DNA of 64,000 nt from Streptosporangiaceae bacterium (GCA_036502085.1 DASXZD010000018.1:16094-80093); one strand, 5' to 3'; numbered from the stretch's first letter, positions 17,660-27,767 are shown. Notes: generated by a model not told the origin, from the letters alone. Numbers and translations: made by a program.

Positions 17660-17696
17660 CTGGAGATATTCGGCACAGTGTGCCGTATATCTCCAG
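17660..17696. promoter_or_regulatory. 37-bp near-perfect palindrome in the mftA/mftR divergent region (candidate MftR operator)
   Basis: CTGGAGATATTCGGCACA-G-TGTGCCGTATATCTCCAG: 18-nt arms with 1 mismatch. Confidence 0.6.
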
Positions 17697-17703
17697 CACG
17701 GTA

Positions 17704-18507
17704 ATGTCACCGTGTGACGAAATCAAGAGCCCGGATGCGCCCGGGGTCCCGGTGAGCGCCGGCGTCACCTCAGCGTCCCGGCCGCATCAGCCGTCCCGGA
17801 AGCCCCGGCAGTCACAGCCGGAACAGCCGGAACAGCCGGAACGACCGGAACGACCGGAACAGCCGGAACGGCCCCCCCGGCCCCGGCGCGGCCGCCCGCG
17901 CGAGACGAGCGCCCGCGCGCTCGAACTCGCCGCGCTCCGGCTGTTCACCGAGCACGGCTTCGACCGGACCACGGTCAACCAGATCGCCGCGGCGGCCGGG
18001 GTCAGCAGGCGCACGTTCTTCCGCTACTTCGACGCGAAGTCGAGCGTGCTGTGGAACGAGTTCGACGGCGAGGTCGCGGCGATCGCCGCGGAACTGGCCC
18101 GGATGCCCGGCGACGTGCCGGTGATGGAGGCGATCAGGCGGGCCGTCCTCGCAGCCAACCATTACCGCGCCGAAGACGTGCCCGAGCTGCGGATGCGGAT
18201 GAACCTGATCGGCACGGTGCCCGAGCTCATCGCCAGCTCCGCCGTGCACTACGACGCATGGGAGCGCGCCGTCAGCGACTTCGCCGCCCGGCGCGCCGGG
18301 CTGGCGGCCGGCTCGCTCTACACGCTCGCGGTCGGCCGCGCCACGCTGGCCACCTGCCGGGCCGCTTACGAACGCTGGGCCGCGCGCGCCGACGCCGATC
18401 TCACCGTCTACCTCGACGCGGCCCTGCGCGCGCTCGCCGCCGGCTTCCGCGACGACACCCTCACCCCCGAGCCCTCAAGTCCCCGAGCCGGACCGCCGAG
18501 CCTCTAG
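17704..18507 (+). CDS. mftR: TetR-family mycofactocin system regulator MftR
   Basis: ALELAALRLFTEHGFDRTTVNQIAAAAGVSRRTFFRYFDAKSSVLW is a TetR HTH. The gene is divergent from mftA. Start is uncertain (ATG 17704 chosen). The N-terminal tail carries a PEQ/PER 9-nt repeat. Confidence 0.8.
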   Translation: MSPCDEIKSPDAPGVPVSAGVTSASRPHQPSRKPRQSQPEQPEQPERPERPEQPERPPRPRRGRPRETSARALELAALRLFTEHGFDRTTVNQIAAAAGVSRRTFFRYFDAKSSVLWNEFDGEVAAIAAELARMPGDVPVMEAIRRAVLAANHYRAEDVPELRMRMNLIGTVPELIASSAVHYDAWERAVSDFAARRAGLAAGSLYTLAVGRATLATCRAAYERWAARADADLTVYLDAALRALAAGFRDDTLTPEPSSPRAGPPSL

Positions 18508-18511
18508 CCGC

Positions 18512-19357
18512 TCAGCCGGCTGCAAAGCGGTGCCTCATCTCGCCGATGCCTTCGATCCGGCTGACCAGCTCGTCTCCGGGGGCCAGCCAGCGCGGCGGCG
18601 TCCGGCCCAGGCCGACCCCGGCGGGCGTCCCGGTGAAGATCACGTCACCGGGCAGCAGCGGCAGCGCCCCGGACAGCTTCACGATCAGCGCGGGTACCGA
18701 AAAGATCATCTCCCTGGTGTGCCCGCGCTGCATCTGCTCGCCGTTAACGGCGCAGCTCAGCTCCACATCGTTCGGATTACTGAATTCGTCCAGCGTCACC
18801 AGCCACGGGCCGATGGGAGCGAACCCGGGAAGCGACTTGCCCAGGCTGAACTGGGGCGGCGACGACGCCATCTGCAGCACGCGCTCGGAAATATCCTGCC
18901 CGACGGCGTAGCCGGCCACGTAGTCCAGCGCCTCGGAGAACCCGACGCGGCGGGCCAGCCGGCCCATGATGACGACCAGCTCGACCTCCCAGTCGGTGTG
19001 CCCGCCGGGCGGCAGCGTGATGTCGCCGCGCGGGCCGGTGACGCTGGAGGCAAACTTGGTGAACACCGGCGGCTCGCCGTCGGGCACGCCGAAGCCGGAT
19101 TCGTCGGCGTGCGCGCGGTAGTTCAGCCCGATGCCGAATACCTGGCGCGGGACCGGCGCCGGCGAGCCGAGCTCGGCCGGGTCGACCGGCACGCCGTTCT
19201 CCCAGGCGGCCGTCGCCGCCCAGCTGGTGAACGCGTCCCATTCCTCGTAGACGGCCTGCGGATCGGCGCCGAACCGCCCGCCGCTGTTCTTCTGGACGTC
19301 GAAGGCAAGCTCGCCGCGGATGACGGTCAGGCGCCCGGAAAGGTTAGCGATTCGCAC
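18512..19357 (-). CDS. fumarylacetoacetate hydrolase (FAH) family protein
   Basis: IGLNYRAHADE, DWEVELVVIMG and PGDVIFTGTPAGVG motifs. Confidence 0.88.
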   Translation of the reverse strand: MRIANLSGRLTVIRGELAFDVQKNSGGRFGADPQAVYEEWDAFTSWAATAAWENGVPVDPAELGSPAPVPRQVFGIGLNYRAHADESGFGVPDGEPPVFTKFASSVTGPRGDITLPPGGHTDWEVELVVIMGRLARRVGFSEALDYVAGYAVGQDISERVLQMASSPPQFSLGKSLPGFAPIGPWLVTLDEFSNPNDVELSCAVNGEQMQRGHTREMIFSVPALIVKLSGALPLLPGDVIFTGTPAGVGLGRTPPRWLAPGDELVSRIEGIGEMRHRFAAG

Positions 19358-19550
19358 GAGGCAGCTCCCGGAGGTGAGGCATGGTCCCGCTCAAGTATGG
19401 ACAGACGAGGCCGCCGGGCGCGGTACCGGGATGCGTAAAGGCAAGGTCAAGAGACCCGGACACCACGCGTCCCGCCCTATCGCGGCACCGGGCCGGCGCG
19501 CGAAGCTAGAGCCACGGCACCGTTCCGGCCCCCAGTCGAGGAGACCGCTC

Positions 19551-21377
19551 ATGCCCCGCCGCTGGCTGAACCTCACCGTCATCACGTCGATCTCCGCGGT
19601 CACGCTGACCGCCTTCGGCGCCGCCTCCCCGGCCTCGGCGGCCGCCGCGCCAGGCCTCGCCGCGCCCGCGCCGTGCTCCGCGGGCGCCCGCACGCTCTCC
19701 CCGCACGGCGCGCACCTGTACCCGGACACAGGAAACGGCGGCTACACCAGCGTGCACACCGACGTGGACATGGTCTACAACGCGGGCACGAACACGTTCC
19801 TGCCGGGCAACCACGTCGTGCTCACCGACCAGGCGACGCAGTGCCTGACCAGCTTCAGCCTCGACTTCGAGCGCACGTCGGCCAACGCGAAGGCCGGCCC
19901 GGACCTGTCGGTCCGGTCGGTGACGGTCAACGGCCAGCCGGCCGCGTTCACGTTCGCCCGGCCCGCCTACCCGGGCGACCCGCACGGGCCCGGCGACCCC
20001 AACCCGCTCGCGCACGAGGCCTCGCAGGACAACCCGGTCGGCGGCCCGCAGCACAACCCGCTGCCGCCGGCCTGCTCGCCCGAGTTGCCGGCGCCCGATC
20101 CGGCCAGGCAGGACGCGCTGAACGGCACGCCGTGCCCGGCCAACAAGCTGGTGATCACGCCCGCGGCCCCGGTCAGCAACGGGGCGACGTTCACCGTCCG
20201 GGTCGATTACACCGGCCGGCCCGGGGTGCACAACGACGGCGACGGCACCACCGAGGGCTGGTTCCGCTCCGGCGACGGCGGCTTCGTCACCACCGAGCCG
20301 GTCGGCTCCGAAGACTGGATGCCGCTTAACGACTACCCGACGGCCAAGCCCACCTACGATTTCCACGACACCGTGAACGCCGGCAAGATGGCCCTCGCGA
20401 ATGGCGTACTCGAGTCGACCAGAAGCAATAAGCCAAACCCTGAATTTCCGAACGGTTCCACCACGTATCACTGGCATTCGCGGGCCCCGATCGCCAGTTA
20501 CCTGGTGGAAGACAGCGTCGGTGATTACGACCTGACCGAGCGCACCGCAGACAACGGCACCCGGTATTACGAAGCGCAGGACGCCGCGATCCCGGCCGCG
20601 CAGCGGGCAAAAAACCGGGCCATCATGAACCAGCAGGAAAACATCACCGAATTCGAGAGCCAGTTCAGCGGGACCTACCCGTTCACCTCCGACGGCGTCA
20701 TCGTCGGCACCCCCTCGGCCAGCTTCGAGGAGGAGATGCAGACGATGATCACGTTCGCCGGCGGCCAGATCGGCCTGAGCGTCTTCTACCACGAGAACAT
20801 GCACCAGTGGTGGGGCGACAACGTGACCGAAGGCGGCTATGACATGACCTTCTACAAGGAAGGCATGGCCACGCTCGCCCAGTACCTGTTCGCCGCGCGC
20901 CAGGCGGAGAAGGCGGCCGGCGGCCCAGCGTCGGCGAAGGGCCAGGCCGCGTTCCAGGCCAGCCTGGTCCACCAGTTCAAGGCGACCTACGGCAGCGTCG
21001 GCGACTTCTGGACGGCCGCGCCGTCGAACCCGACGCCGTTCGGGCTGTTCTCGGGCTCCAGCACCTACGCGCGCCCGGCGGCGGCCTACATCGCGCTGCG
21101 CCAGATCCTCGGCAGCACCGACTTCACCCAGGCGCTGCAGCAGGTCCAGCGCGTCTACGGCGGCAGCCACATCACCGAAGCCCAGTGGGAGGCCGCCTTC
21201 CACCGGTGGATGCCCAACCGGAGCACGGCCTGCCAGGCCAAGCTCAGCGAGTTCTTCACCCAGTGGTTCGACACGGCCTACCCGGCCGGCGGCGGCATAG
21301 ACCGGCCGCGGATCACCGGCCCCGGCCTGGCCGGCCCCGGGTTCTACAACTCGGCCGGCGGCTGCACGCTCAGCTGA
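19551..21377 (+). CDS. secreted M1-family zinc metallopeptidase
   Basis: Start moved to ATG 19551 (MPRRWLNLTVITSISAVTLTAFGAASPASA, a signal peptide). HENMHQWWGD (HExxH) is followed by a downstream Glu in FYKEGMA. Confidence 0.85.
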   Translation: MPRRWLNLTVITSISAVTLTAFGAASPASAAAAPGLAAPAPCSAGARTLSPHGAHLYPDTGNGGYTSVHTDVDMVYNAGTNTFLPGNHVVLTDQATQCLTSFSLDFERTSANAKAGPDLSVRSVTVNGQPAAFTFARPAYPGDPHGPGDPNPLAHEASQDNPVGGPQHNPLPPACSPELPAPDPARQDALNGTPCPANKLVITPAAPVSNGATFTVRVDYTGRPGVHNDGDGTTEGWFRSGDGGFVTTEPVGSEDWMPLNDYPTAKPTYDFHDTVNAGKMALANGVLESTRSNKPNPEFPNGSTTYHWHSRAPIASYLVEDSVGDYDLTERTADNGTRYYEAQDAAIPAAQRAKNRAIMNQQENITEFESQFSGTYPFTSDGVIVGTPSASFEEEMQTMITFAGGQIGLSVFYHENMHQWWGDNVTEGGYDMTFYKEGMATLAQYLFAARQAEKAAGGPASAKGQAAFQASLVHQFKATYGSVGDFWTAAPSNPTPFGLFSGSSTYARPAAAYIALRQILGSTDFTQALQQVQRVYGGSHITEAQWEAAFHRWMPNRSTACQAKLSEFFTQWFDTAYPAGGGIDRPRITGPGLAGPGFYNSAGGCTLS

Positions 21378-21975
21378 CCCCGGCCGGCCCGTCGTCGGGC
21401 GGGGCCTCGCGGGGCACGATGAGGCGCGCCACCCGCACCCGTCTGCTGCCGGCCGGCCGCGCCCTCCGCCGCCGGTCCTCATACGGGCGCAGGACCTCGC
21501 GCAGCGCGCCGGCCACCTCGCGGGCTTCATCGGCGGTCAGCCAGTAGTCGCCGACGCCCAGATCGGCCAGGTCCCGCCACTGCGGCGGCTCGAGATCCCG
21601 GCGCTCGAAGAACTCATTGACGACGGCCCGGTTGCGCTCCAGGACCGTGCCCAGCACGGCGATCTCGGCGAGCGTCGTTTGCCCGGACGCGGATGAACCC
21701 ACCTCCACCGACCGGCCGGTGGCCTTCCACGGGCGGTCCCTGCCGTCCGCGCGCGGCTGGCCGGGCTCGACGATGCCCCACCGCTCCAGCGCCTTCAGGT
21801 GGTAGTTCGTCGCGCTCGGGCTGAGCCCGGTCAGCGTGGCGCACTCGGTCGCGGTGAGCTCGTCGCCGGACGTCAGCGCCTCGATGATGGCCAGCCGTGC
21901 CGGGTGCGCCAGGGCCCGGATGGCCCGCGGATCGGTGAGCACGATCCGGTCACCGTCGATCTGCTGTTCTGGCAT
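21370..21975 (-). CDS. ArsR-like winged-helix transcriptional regulator
   Basis: RAIRALAHPARLAIIEALTSGDELTATECATLTGLSPSATNYHLKALERWGIV. The gene is divergent from the MFS gene across an AT-rich spacer. Confidence 0.8.
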   Translation of the reverse strand: MPEQQIDGDRIVLTDPRAIRALAHPARLAIIEALTSGDELTATECATLTGLSPSATNYHLKALERWGIVEPGQPRADGRDRPWKATGRSVEVGSSASGQTTLAEIAVLGTVLERNRAVVNEFFERRDLEPPQWRDLADLGVGDYWLTADEAREVAGALREVLRPYEDRRRRARPAGSRRVRVARLIVPREAPPDDGPAGVS

Positions 21976-22027
21976 GCCGCCGATCGTACCGTTGACACCG
22001 AGACGTTAAGCAATCATTATATAGCAA

Positions 22028-23323
22028 ATGCTAAATATCTTCGGGCCGCTGCCCGGCCGCAGGGATCTGCTCGTGGCGATAGCCGGGCGCTCCGTCTCCG
22101 TGCTGGGCGACGAGGTGGCGCTCGTGGCCCTGATGCTCCGGCTGCAGGCGGCACACGCGCGCCCGTATGAGATCGCGCTGCTGCTCGCCGCGGGCATGCT
22201 CCCCATCGTCCTGCTCTACGGGGTAGCCGGCCGGGTGGCCGACTCGGCCGACTCGCGGCACATACTCGTCACCGCCAGCGTGGCCCAGGCCTGCTGCTGC
22301 GTGCCGCTGATCTTCGCCCGCGACGTGCCGGAGATGATCATCCTGGTCGCCCTGCTCGGCACCGGGGGAGCGTTCGCGCAGGCGACCTGGCAAGCGCTCA
22401 TGCCGCGGCTGGCGGGGGAGGACCGCATCGCGGCCGCGGTGTCGGCGCAGCAGAGCGGCTCATCTCTCGCCGCGGTGGCCGCGCCGGCGGCGGGGGGGCT
22501 GCTCTGCACATCCTTCGGCACCGGGGTCCCAGTCGCCGTCGACGGCGCCACGTTCGCGGTGATGGCCGTCGCCGCGCTGACCGTGCGGATCCGCCGGCGC
22601 GGCGCCGCCACAGCCGGTCTGGCTGGTCCGGGCGGCCCAGGCAGCAAGCGGGGCGGCTGGGCGATACTGCGGGCGGATGCCATCCTGGCGCCGCTCGTCG
22701 TCGGCCTGACCACGTTCGCGCTGCTCGCGATGATGGTGAACGTCGTGCTGGTCTTCCTCATCCGCGGCACGCTGCACGCGGCTCCGGCCTGGTACGGCGG
22801 CCTCGAGGCGATCTGGATGCTCGGGGTCATCGGCGGGGCGCTCGCGTCAGGCCGGATCCGCACCGACCATGTTCGCGCGCAGACCGCGTTCGCCGGGACC
22901 GGCCTGATAGCGCTGGCCTTCCTCGGCTATGGTCTCGCGCCGCGGGTGATCGCGCTCGTGCCGATAGCGGTGCTCGGCGGGCTGGGCAACGGCATGCTGA
23001 GCAGCTGCGTGGCCACGCTGGTGGTGACCCGCACCCCGGACGGCATGCGCGGCCGCGTCTCGGCCGCGCTGAACGGCGCGGTCAACAGCGCCTCGGTGGT
23101 CTCGCTCGCCGCCGGCGGCGGGCTGGCGCTGCTGCTGGATCCGCGGCAGATCTTCCTGGTCGCGGGGTCCCTGGGGCTGGCAGCTGGGGTGCTGGTCGCT
23201 ATGCGCGTTAGGAAGCAAGGAACTTTGCCGGGACCAGCGCGAGTCCCCATGGCGGCTCAGACGGCCGAGCCTGACCTGGTCGGCGCGCGGCCGAGCCGCG
23301 GGAGCCGGGATACGGGAGGATAG
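22028..23323 (+). CDS. MFS transporter
   Basis: About 12 hydrophobic segments. GRVADSADSRHILV is a loop 2-3 type motif. Confidence 0.85.
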   Translation: MLNIFGPLPGRRDLLVAIAGRSVSVLGDEVALVALMLRLQAAHARPYEIALLLAAGMLPIVLLYGVAGRVADSADSRHILVTASVAQACCCVPLIFARDVPEMIILVALLGTGGAFAQATWQALMPRLAGEDRIAAAVSAQQSGSSLAAVAAPAAGGLLCTSFGTGVPVAVDGATFAVMAVAALTVRIRRRGAATAGLAGPGGPGSKRGGWAILRADAILAPLVVGLTTFALLAMMVNVVLVFLIRGTLHAAPAWYGGLEAIWMLGVIGGALASGRIRTDHVRAQTAFAGTGLIALAFLGYGLAPRVIALVPIAVLGGLGNGMLSSCVATLVVTRTPDGMRGRVSAALNGAVNSASVVSLAAGGGLALLLDPRQIFLVAGSLGLAAGVLVAMRVRKQGTLPGPARVPMAAQTAEPDLVGARPSRGSRDTGG

Positions 23324-23389
23324 GCCCGAGCGGGTTGCGCACCCGCCGCACCAGGCGCGTCCGGGGCGGCGGCAGGAGAGGGATCCAGG

Positions 23390-23602
23390 ATGAACTACGT
23401 ACTGATCATGAAGAAGGGCGACGGCGCGCTGGTGGCCATCGGCCCGGTGTCGATCGAGTACCAGGCTTCGATGATGCGCGACGAGATCGAGGAAAGCTCG
23501 GACTGGACCGGCGTCGGCATCGCCCGCTTCATGAGCGAGGCGCAGGCCCGCGACGCCCTCGGCATGCCGGCCGCGACCCCCGACACCCTCGCCACGCCGT
23601 AG
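23390..23602 (+). CDS. small hypothetical protein (70 aa)
   Basis: ATG follows AGGAGAGGG. Balanced, non-repetitive composition. No family recognised. Confidence 0.5.
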   Translation: MNYVLIMKKGDGALVAIGPVSIEYQASMMRDEIEESSDWTGVGIARFMSEAQARDALGMPAATPDTLATP

Positions 23603-23672
23603 CCCGGGGCGTTGCCCGCCGCAACTCCTGAGTGGTGCGGGAAAGGCGGCGGGGCCAGCCGCTGCCGGCGCG

Positions 23673-23786
23673 GTGGTGTTCTACTGGCGCACGGTGATCA
23701 AGCTCCTGATCATGGCCCTGGCGATAGCAATGATCTCGCTGCTGGGCTTCGGAATATTCGTGATCTTGGAGAGCATCCGCGGGTAG
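23673..23786 (+). CDS. possible 37-aa single-TM peptide (below the track size cut-off)
   Basis: Own translation from GTG: VVFYWRTVIKLLIMALAIAMISLLGFGIFVILESIRG-stop. A 10-bp-stem hairpin CCTGCCGATC...GATCGGCAGG follows. Confidence 0.3.
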   Translation: MVFYWRTVIKLLIMALAIAMISLLGFGIFVILESIRG

Positions 23787-23881
23787 CGGGAGCCTGCCGA
23801 TCGGCCGGCCTATCGCCGCTGATCGGCAGGACATGGAGTTGCCGGTCACCCGGCCGCGCCCAGTCGGCCGGCCTGCGGGGG

Positions 23882-24274
23882 CTACTCCTCGAGCACGCCG
23901 GGGCTGGCCGGAACGTCGACCGAGTGCTCCCTGAGCACGGCGAGCGGGACGATCTCGAGGGCTCGCTCATGCGTTGAGGCCAGCACGACCGGCGACGCGA
24001 CCCCGTCCTGATGAGCGCGTAGCCAGTTCACCGCGGTCACGCACCAGCGGTCCCCCGGCACCAGCCCGGGGAAGTGAAACTGCGGCATCGGGGTGCTGAG
24101 GTCATTGCCGATGCTCCGTTGATGATCAAGGAAGTCGGCGGTCATCACTCCGCAGATCGTGTGGCTGCCCAGGTCGTCGGGACCGGTGTTGCAGCAGCCG
24201 TCCCGGTAGAACCCGGTCACCGGGTCGGTGCCGCACGGTTCGAGTTCGCCGCCAAGCACATTGCGATCCGCCAT
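23882..24274 (-). CDS. DUF2237-family protein
   Basis: GFYRDGCCNTGPDDLGSHTICGVMTADFL is characteristic. Confidence 0.8.
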   Translation of the reverse strand: MADRNVLGGELEPCGTDPVTGFYRDGCCNTGPDDLGSHTICGVMTADFLDHQRSIGNDLSTPMPQFHFPGLVPGDRWCVTAVNWLRAHQDGVASPVVLASTHERALEIVPLAVLREHSVDVPASPGVLEE

Positions 24275-24379
24275 CTCAGCAGTATGAGCCCCGCCGATCC
24301 GCGCGACAACCGGACAAGGGCAGCCGCCGGGGGTCTTTTGCGGTGGCCCCCAGCGGCTGCCGTCACGGCGGGACTCGGC

Positions 24380-25633
24380 TTACGCGACGTCGATCGTCGC
24401 GTCGGCCACGTTGACCGTGAGTCCCACGCCCAGGCCGAGCGGGTTGCCCGGCACCGTCACCTTGATCTGCAGCATGATGACCTTGATGCTGTTCGCGCTC
24501 CTGATCACCTTGTGCAGGGTTAGCGTCCCGATCCCGGCCAGGGTCACCTTGGTGTTCGGGGCCGGATTGACCGTGATCGGCACCCCGGCCACGACGAGAT
24601 CGAGGAAGGTCGAGTTGTCGCCGAACGTCGCGGGGTTACCGTCCGCGGTGACGTCCGCCTTGACTCCGGTGGCCGTCACCAGCCCGCCGAGCAGGCTCAG
24701 CCCCTCGATCGTGGACGTCACCTCGCCCGACACCGAGCTGGCCTTCGAGGTGCCTTCGGCGGTATCGGACACCGTTCCGCTGTCGATGACGCCGGGGACC
24801 GCCACGATCGCGCCCGCGTTGGTCCTGACCTTCCCGCCCGTGCCGAGGCACGCGAGCGGCTGCGGGAACAGCGGCCCGACGTTGAGCAGGCTGGCCAGGC
24901 TGGCCTTTGCCCCGTAGGCATCCCCGCTCAGCACGCCGGCCACCGGGCCGCCGAGGCTGCTGTGCGCGAACGACACCACGATCTGGGTCCCTGCCTTCGC
25001 CAGCGGCGTCGTGATCGTCACGTCGATGTGGATCGCGATCACGTTCAGGTTGGCCGTCTTCTTCGACACGTGCGACGTCTGCTGGTTGAGGATCACCGAC
25101 CCGATGCCCGGCAGGGCGATCCCGGTGTTCGGCGCGGGCTGCAGCAGGATCGGCAGCCCGAGCACCGTGAGGTTGGCGAACTGCGTCCCCGCGGCGCTGA
25201 CGCTGAACGCGCCCGTTGCGGTGTTCTGGCTGGTCGTGCTCTCCGAGGTCAGCGCGCCCACCGATACCAGGCCGCCGAGCAGGCTGATGTTCTGGACGGT
25301 AGAGGTAGCCGTCGAGGAGACGCCGGTGGCTGTCGCCTGCGTCGTCGTGCTGGTGGCGACCGTGCCGCTGGACAGCAGCGGCGGGGCGCTCACCGAGGCG
25401 ATGGAGTTCGTGTGGTCAAGGCCGACCTGTGAGGTGCAGCCCAGCGTCGACAGTGCCGAGCGCCCCGAGGTGATCAGGCCCGCGACGTTGACCTCGGTGC
25501 CGTACGCGGTCGCGCCGAAGCCGTTCTCGGCCGCGCTCGTTGTGCCGGCCAGCGCGGCCGGCGAGCGGGCCACCACGATCCCCGTCACCACGAGGGCCGC
25601 GGCAAGCCCCAGCAAAGTGATTTTTCTTAACAT
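24380..25633 (-). CDS. secreted protein with an internal two-fold duplication (choice-of-anchor-like)
   Basis: Signal peptide MLRKITLLGLAAALVVTGIVVARSPAALA. Two homologous halves each contain SLLGGLV...NPAPNT...G(I)G(S/T)..L. An AT-rich upstream region follows. Confidence 0.75.
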   Translation of the reverse strand: MLRKITLLGLAAALVVTGIVVARSPAALAGTTSAAENGFGATAYGTEVNVAGLITSGRSALSTLGCTSQVGLDHTNSIASVSAPPLLSSGTVATSTTTQATATGVSSTATSTVQNISLLGGLVSVGALTSESTTSQNTATGAFSVSAAGTQFANLTVLGLPILLQPAPNTGIALPGIGSVILNQQTSHVSKKTANLNVIAIHIDVTITTPLAKAGTQIVVSFAHSSLGGPVAGVLSGDAYGAKASLASLLNVGPLFPQPLACLGTGGKVRTNAGAIVAVPGVIDSGTVSDTAEGTSKASSVSGEVTSTIEGLSLLGGLVTATGVKADVTADGNPATFGDNSTFLDLVVAGVPITVNPAPNTKVTLAGIGTLTLHKVIRSANSIKVIMLQIKVTVPGNPLGLGVGLTVNVADATIDVA

Positions 25634-25962
25634 ATGCGCGCCTTCTCCCTGGAATAATGCTCCGAATAGGTCCTCGGCCGGACGTAGCGTATAACGGGAT
25701 TTCTCCGAGGGGAATCATTTGCGGCGAGTCACTTATTGCGACTCCCGGGACTATGCTTTACAATTCTCGCAATAAGAGCTAATCCGGCACTTCGGGTGCC
25801 CGTTGTCCGCCGCCGGGAGAGAAGGCGCAGGTGAAACTCGGATGCGGCCCAGTCAATCGCGCTGGTTAACCCTTTCCCCGTGCACCTTTTATGCCGTTTT
25901 CCCGGCAGCCCAGAAGAGCTGAAATCTTTTGCCGCACGCCGTGCCGCCGGGAGCGGCTAGTC

Positions 25963-26808
25963 TCAGCCTCGGCCGATGAACGGCATCTCGGTGGCGGTGA
26001 TGGTCAGGAACTGCACGTTCGCGTCCAGCGGCAGCGAGGCCATGTAGAGCACGGCGTCCGCGACGTGCCGCGGATCGAACATCGGCTCGGGCACCACCGA
26101 CCCATTGGCCTGCACCGCGCCGCGGCTGATCCCGAGGGTCAGCTCGGTGGCGGCGTTGCCGATGTCGATCTGCCCGCAGGCGATGTCGAACCCCCGGCCG
26201 TCCAGCGAGATCGACTTCGTCAGACCGGTCATCGCGTGCTTGGTGGCCGCGTAGCCGATCGTCCTCGGCCGCGGCGTCTGGGCGGAGATCGAGCCGTTGT
26301 TGATGATCCGCCCGCCGCGCGGCGACTGGGCCTTCATCATCCGCACCGCGTGCTGGGCGCACAGGAACGCGCCGGTCAGGTTGGTGTCCACGATCATGCG
26401 CCAGTCGGCCAGCGGCAGCTCATCGACCGAGCCCGGCTTCCCGAACGTGCCCGCGTTGTTGACCAGCAGGTCGATCCGCCCCCAGCGTTGCCCGACGGCG
26501 GCAAACAGCGCGGCGACGGACTCAGGCTCGGTGACGTCGGCGGGGACGACCAGCGCCGCCTCGTCCGGCCACCCGCCGGCCGGGTCGCCGCCCGCCGTGC
26601 CGTCAGCTGCCCCGGCTCCCGCGCCGTCGGCCGACACCGTCGCGGTCTCACGCAGCGCATCCTCGCGGCGGCCGGCCAGTGCGACCCGCCATCCGGTGCC
26701 CAGCAGCGCACGGGAAATGTGCCGGCCGAGCCCCGAGCTTGCCCCGGTCACCACCGCCACGCGGTCCGCTGCCATCTCGCCCTCCATCTGCTCGGAAGCT
26801 CTGCTCAT
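25963..26808 (-). CDS. SDR-family oxidoreductase
   Basis: Start moved to ATG 26808, giving an ATGA overlap with the upstream stop. [30 protein letters not shown]. Confidence 0.85.
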   Translation of the reverse strand: MSRASEQMEGEMAADRVAVVTGASSGLGRHISRALLGTGWRVALAGRREDALRETATVSADGAGAGAADGTAGGDPAGGWPDEAALVVPADVTEPESVAALFAAVGQRWGRIDLLVNNAGTFGKPGSVDELPLADWRMIVDTNLTGAFLCAQHAVRMMKAQSPRGGRIINNGSISAQTPRPRTIGYAATKHAMTGLTKSISLDGRGFDIACGQIDIGNAATELTLGISRGAVQANGSVVPEPMFDPRHVADAVLYMASLPLDANVQFLTITATEMPFIGRG

Positions 26809-27767
26809 GACTCGCCCGCGTCGCGTCGCGCCCTGGCCCGCCGCTTGCCTTCGTGCATCGCCTGCACCCGGGCGATCGGAATCGCCCGGCCTTCGGTGAC
26901 CAGATCCGCGCTCAACGGCTGCGGCGCCGGCATCATGTCGGCCCACAGGTCGCGCTCGGCGACCAGCGCGGCGGCGTTGTGCACGGTGAAGTCGGCCGGC
27001 CTGACGTTATCGAGATCATCCCAGCCGACCGGGAACGACACCGGCACTCCCGGCCGCAGCCGCGGGCTGTAGGCGGCCACCACGGTCGCCCCGCCGGCCC
27101 GGGTGGAGTCGAGGAACACCTTGCCCGCCCGGTCCTCCACGATGAACGCGGTGGTGGCCAGCGCCGGATCCAGCCGTTCTGCGCGGGCCGCGATCGCCCT
27201 GGTCGCGGCGGCCGCCTCCTCGCTGGTCACCTGCTCGGCGACCGGGACGAGCACGTGCACGCCCTTCGCGCCGCTGGTCTTGACCGCGCCGGTCAGGCCG
27301 AGGTCGGCCAGCGCCTGGCGGACCAGCCTGGCCGCCTGCACCGCGAGCCCGAACGCGTCGCCCGGGGGCGGGTCGATGTCCAGCACGAGATAGGTCGGGT
27401 GGTTCAGCTCGCCGGCCAGGGCCAGCGTCGGGTGGTACTCCACCGCGCGCTGGTTGGCGAACCACAGCAGCGTCCGGCGGTCGTTGCACAGCGCGTACGA
27501 CACTTCGCGGTGCGAAGCCTCGGCCCACAGCGCCACCCGGCGCACCCACGGCGGGGTGTACTTGGGCAGGTTCTTCTGCATGAACGGGGCCTGCCCGCGC
27601 AGCACCCTGATCACCGACAGCGGCCGGTCCGCCAACGGCGGGATGATCCGGTCGCGCACCGCGTCGAGGTACTCCACCAGGTCGCGCTTGGTCGCGCCGG
27701 CCTCGTCGAACAGCGGCTGGTCGAGATTGGTCAGCGTGACCCCGTCGCGCGTCTCCTGTCCACTCAC
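26805..27767 (-). CDS. stand-alone LigD-type polymerase/primase domain protein (NHEJ PolDom)
   Basis: [12 protein letters not shown]-type [21 protein letters not shown] and VFLDSTR motifs of AEP primase-polymerases. Confidence 0.85.
   Translation of the reverse strand: MSGQETRDGVTLTNLDQPLFDEAGATKRDLVEYLDAVRDRIIPPLADRPLSVIRVLRGQAPFMQKNLPKYTPPWVRRVALWAEASHREVSYALCNDRRTLLWFANQRAVEYHPTLALAGELNHPTYLVLDIDPPPGDAFGLAVQAARLVRQALADLGLTGAVKTSGAKGVHVLVPVAEQVTSEEAAAATRAIAARAERLDPALATTAFIVEDRAGKVFLDSTRAGGATVVAAYSPRLRPGVPVSFPVGWDDLDNVRPADFTVHNAAALVAERDLWADMMPAPQPLSADLVTEGRAIPIARVQAMHEGKRRARARRDAGES

Noticed and set aside
19506-21530. 674-aa minus-strand ORF
   Set aside because: It is antisense to the M1 peptidase gene, which has an HExxH motif. 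It is Arg/Gly-rich with no motif.
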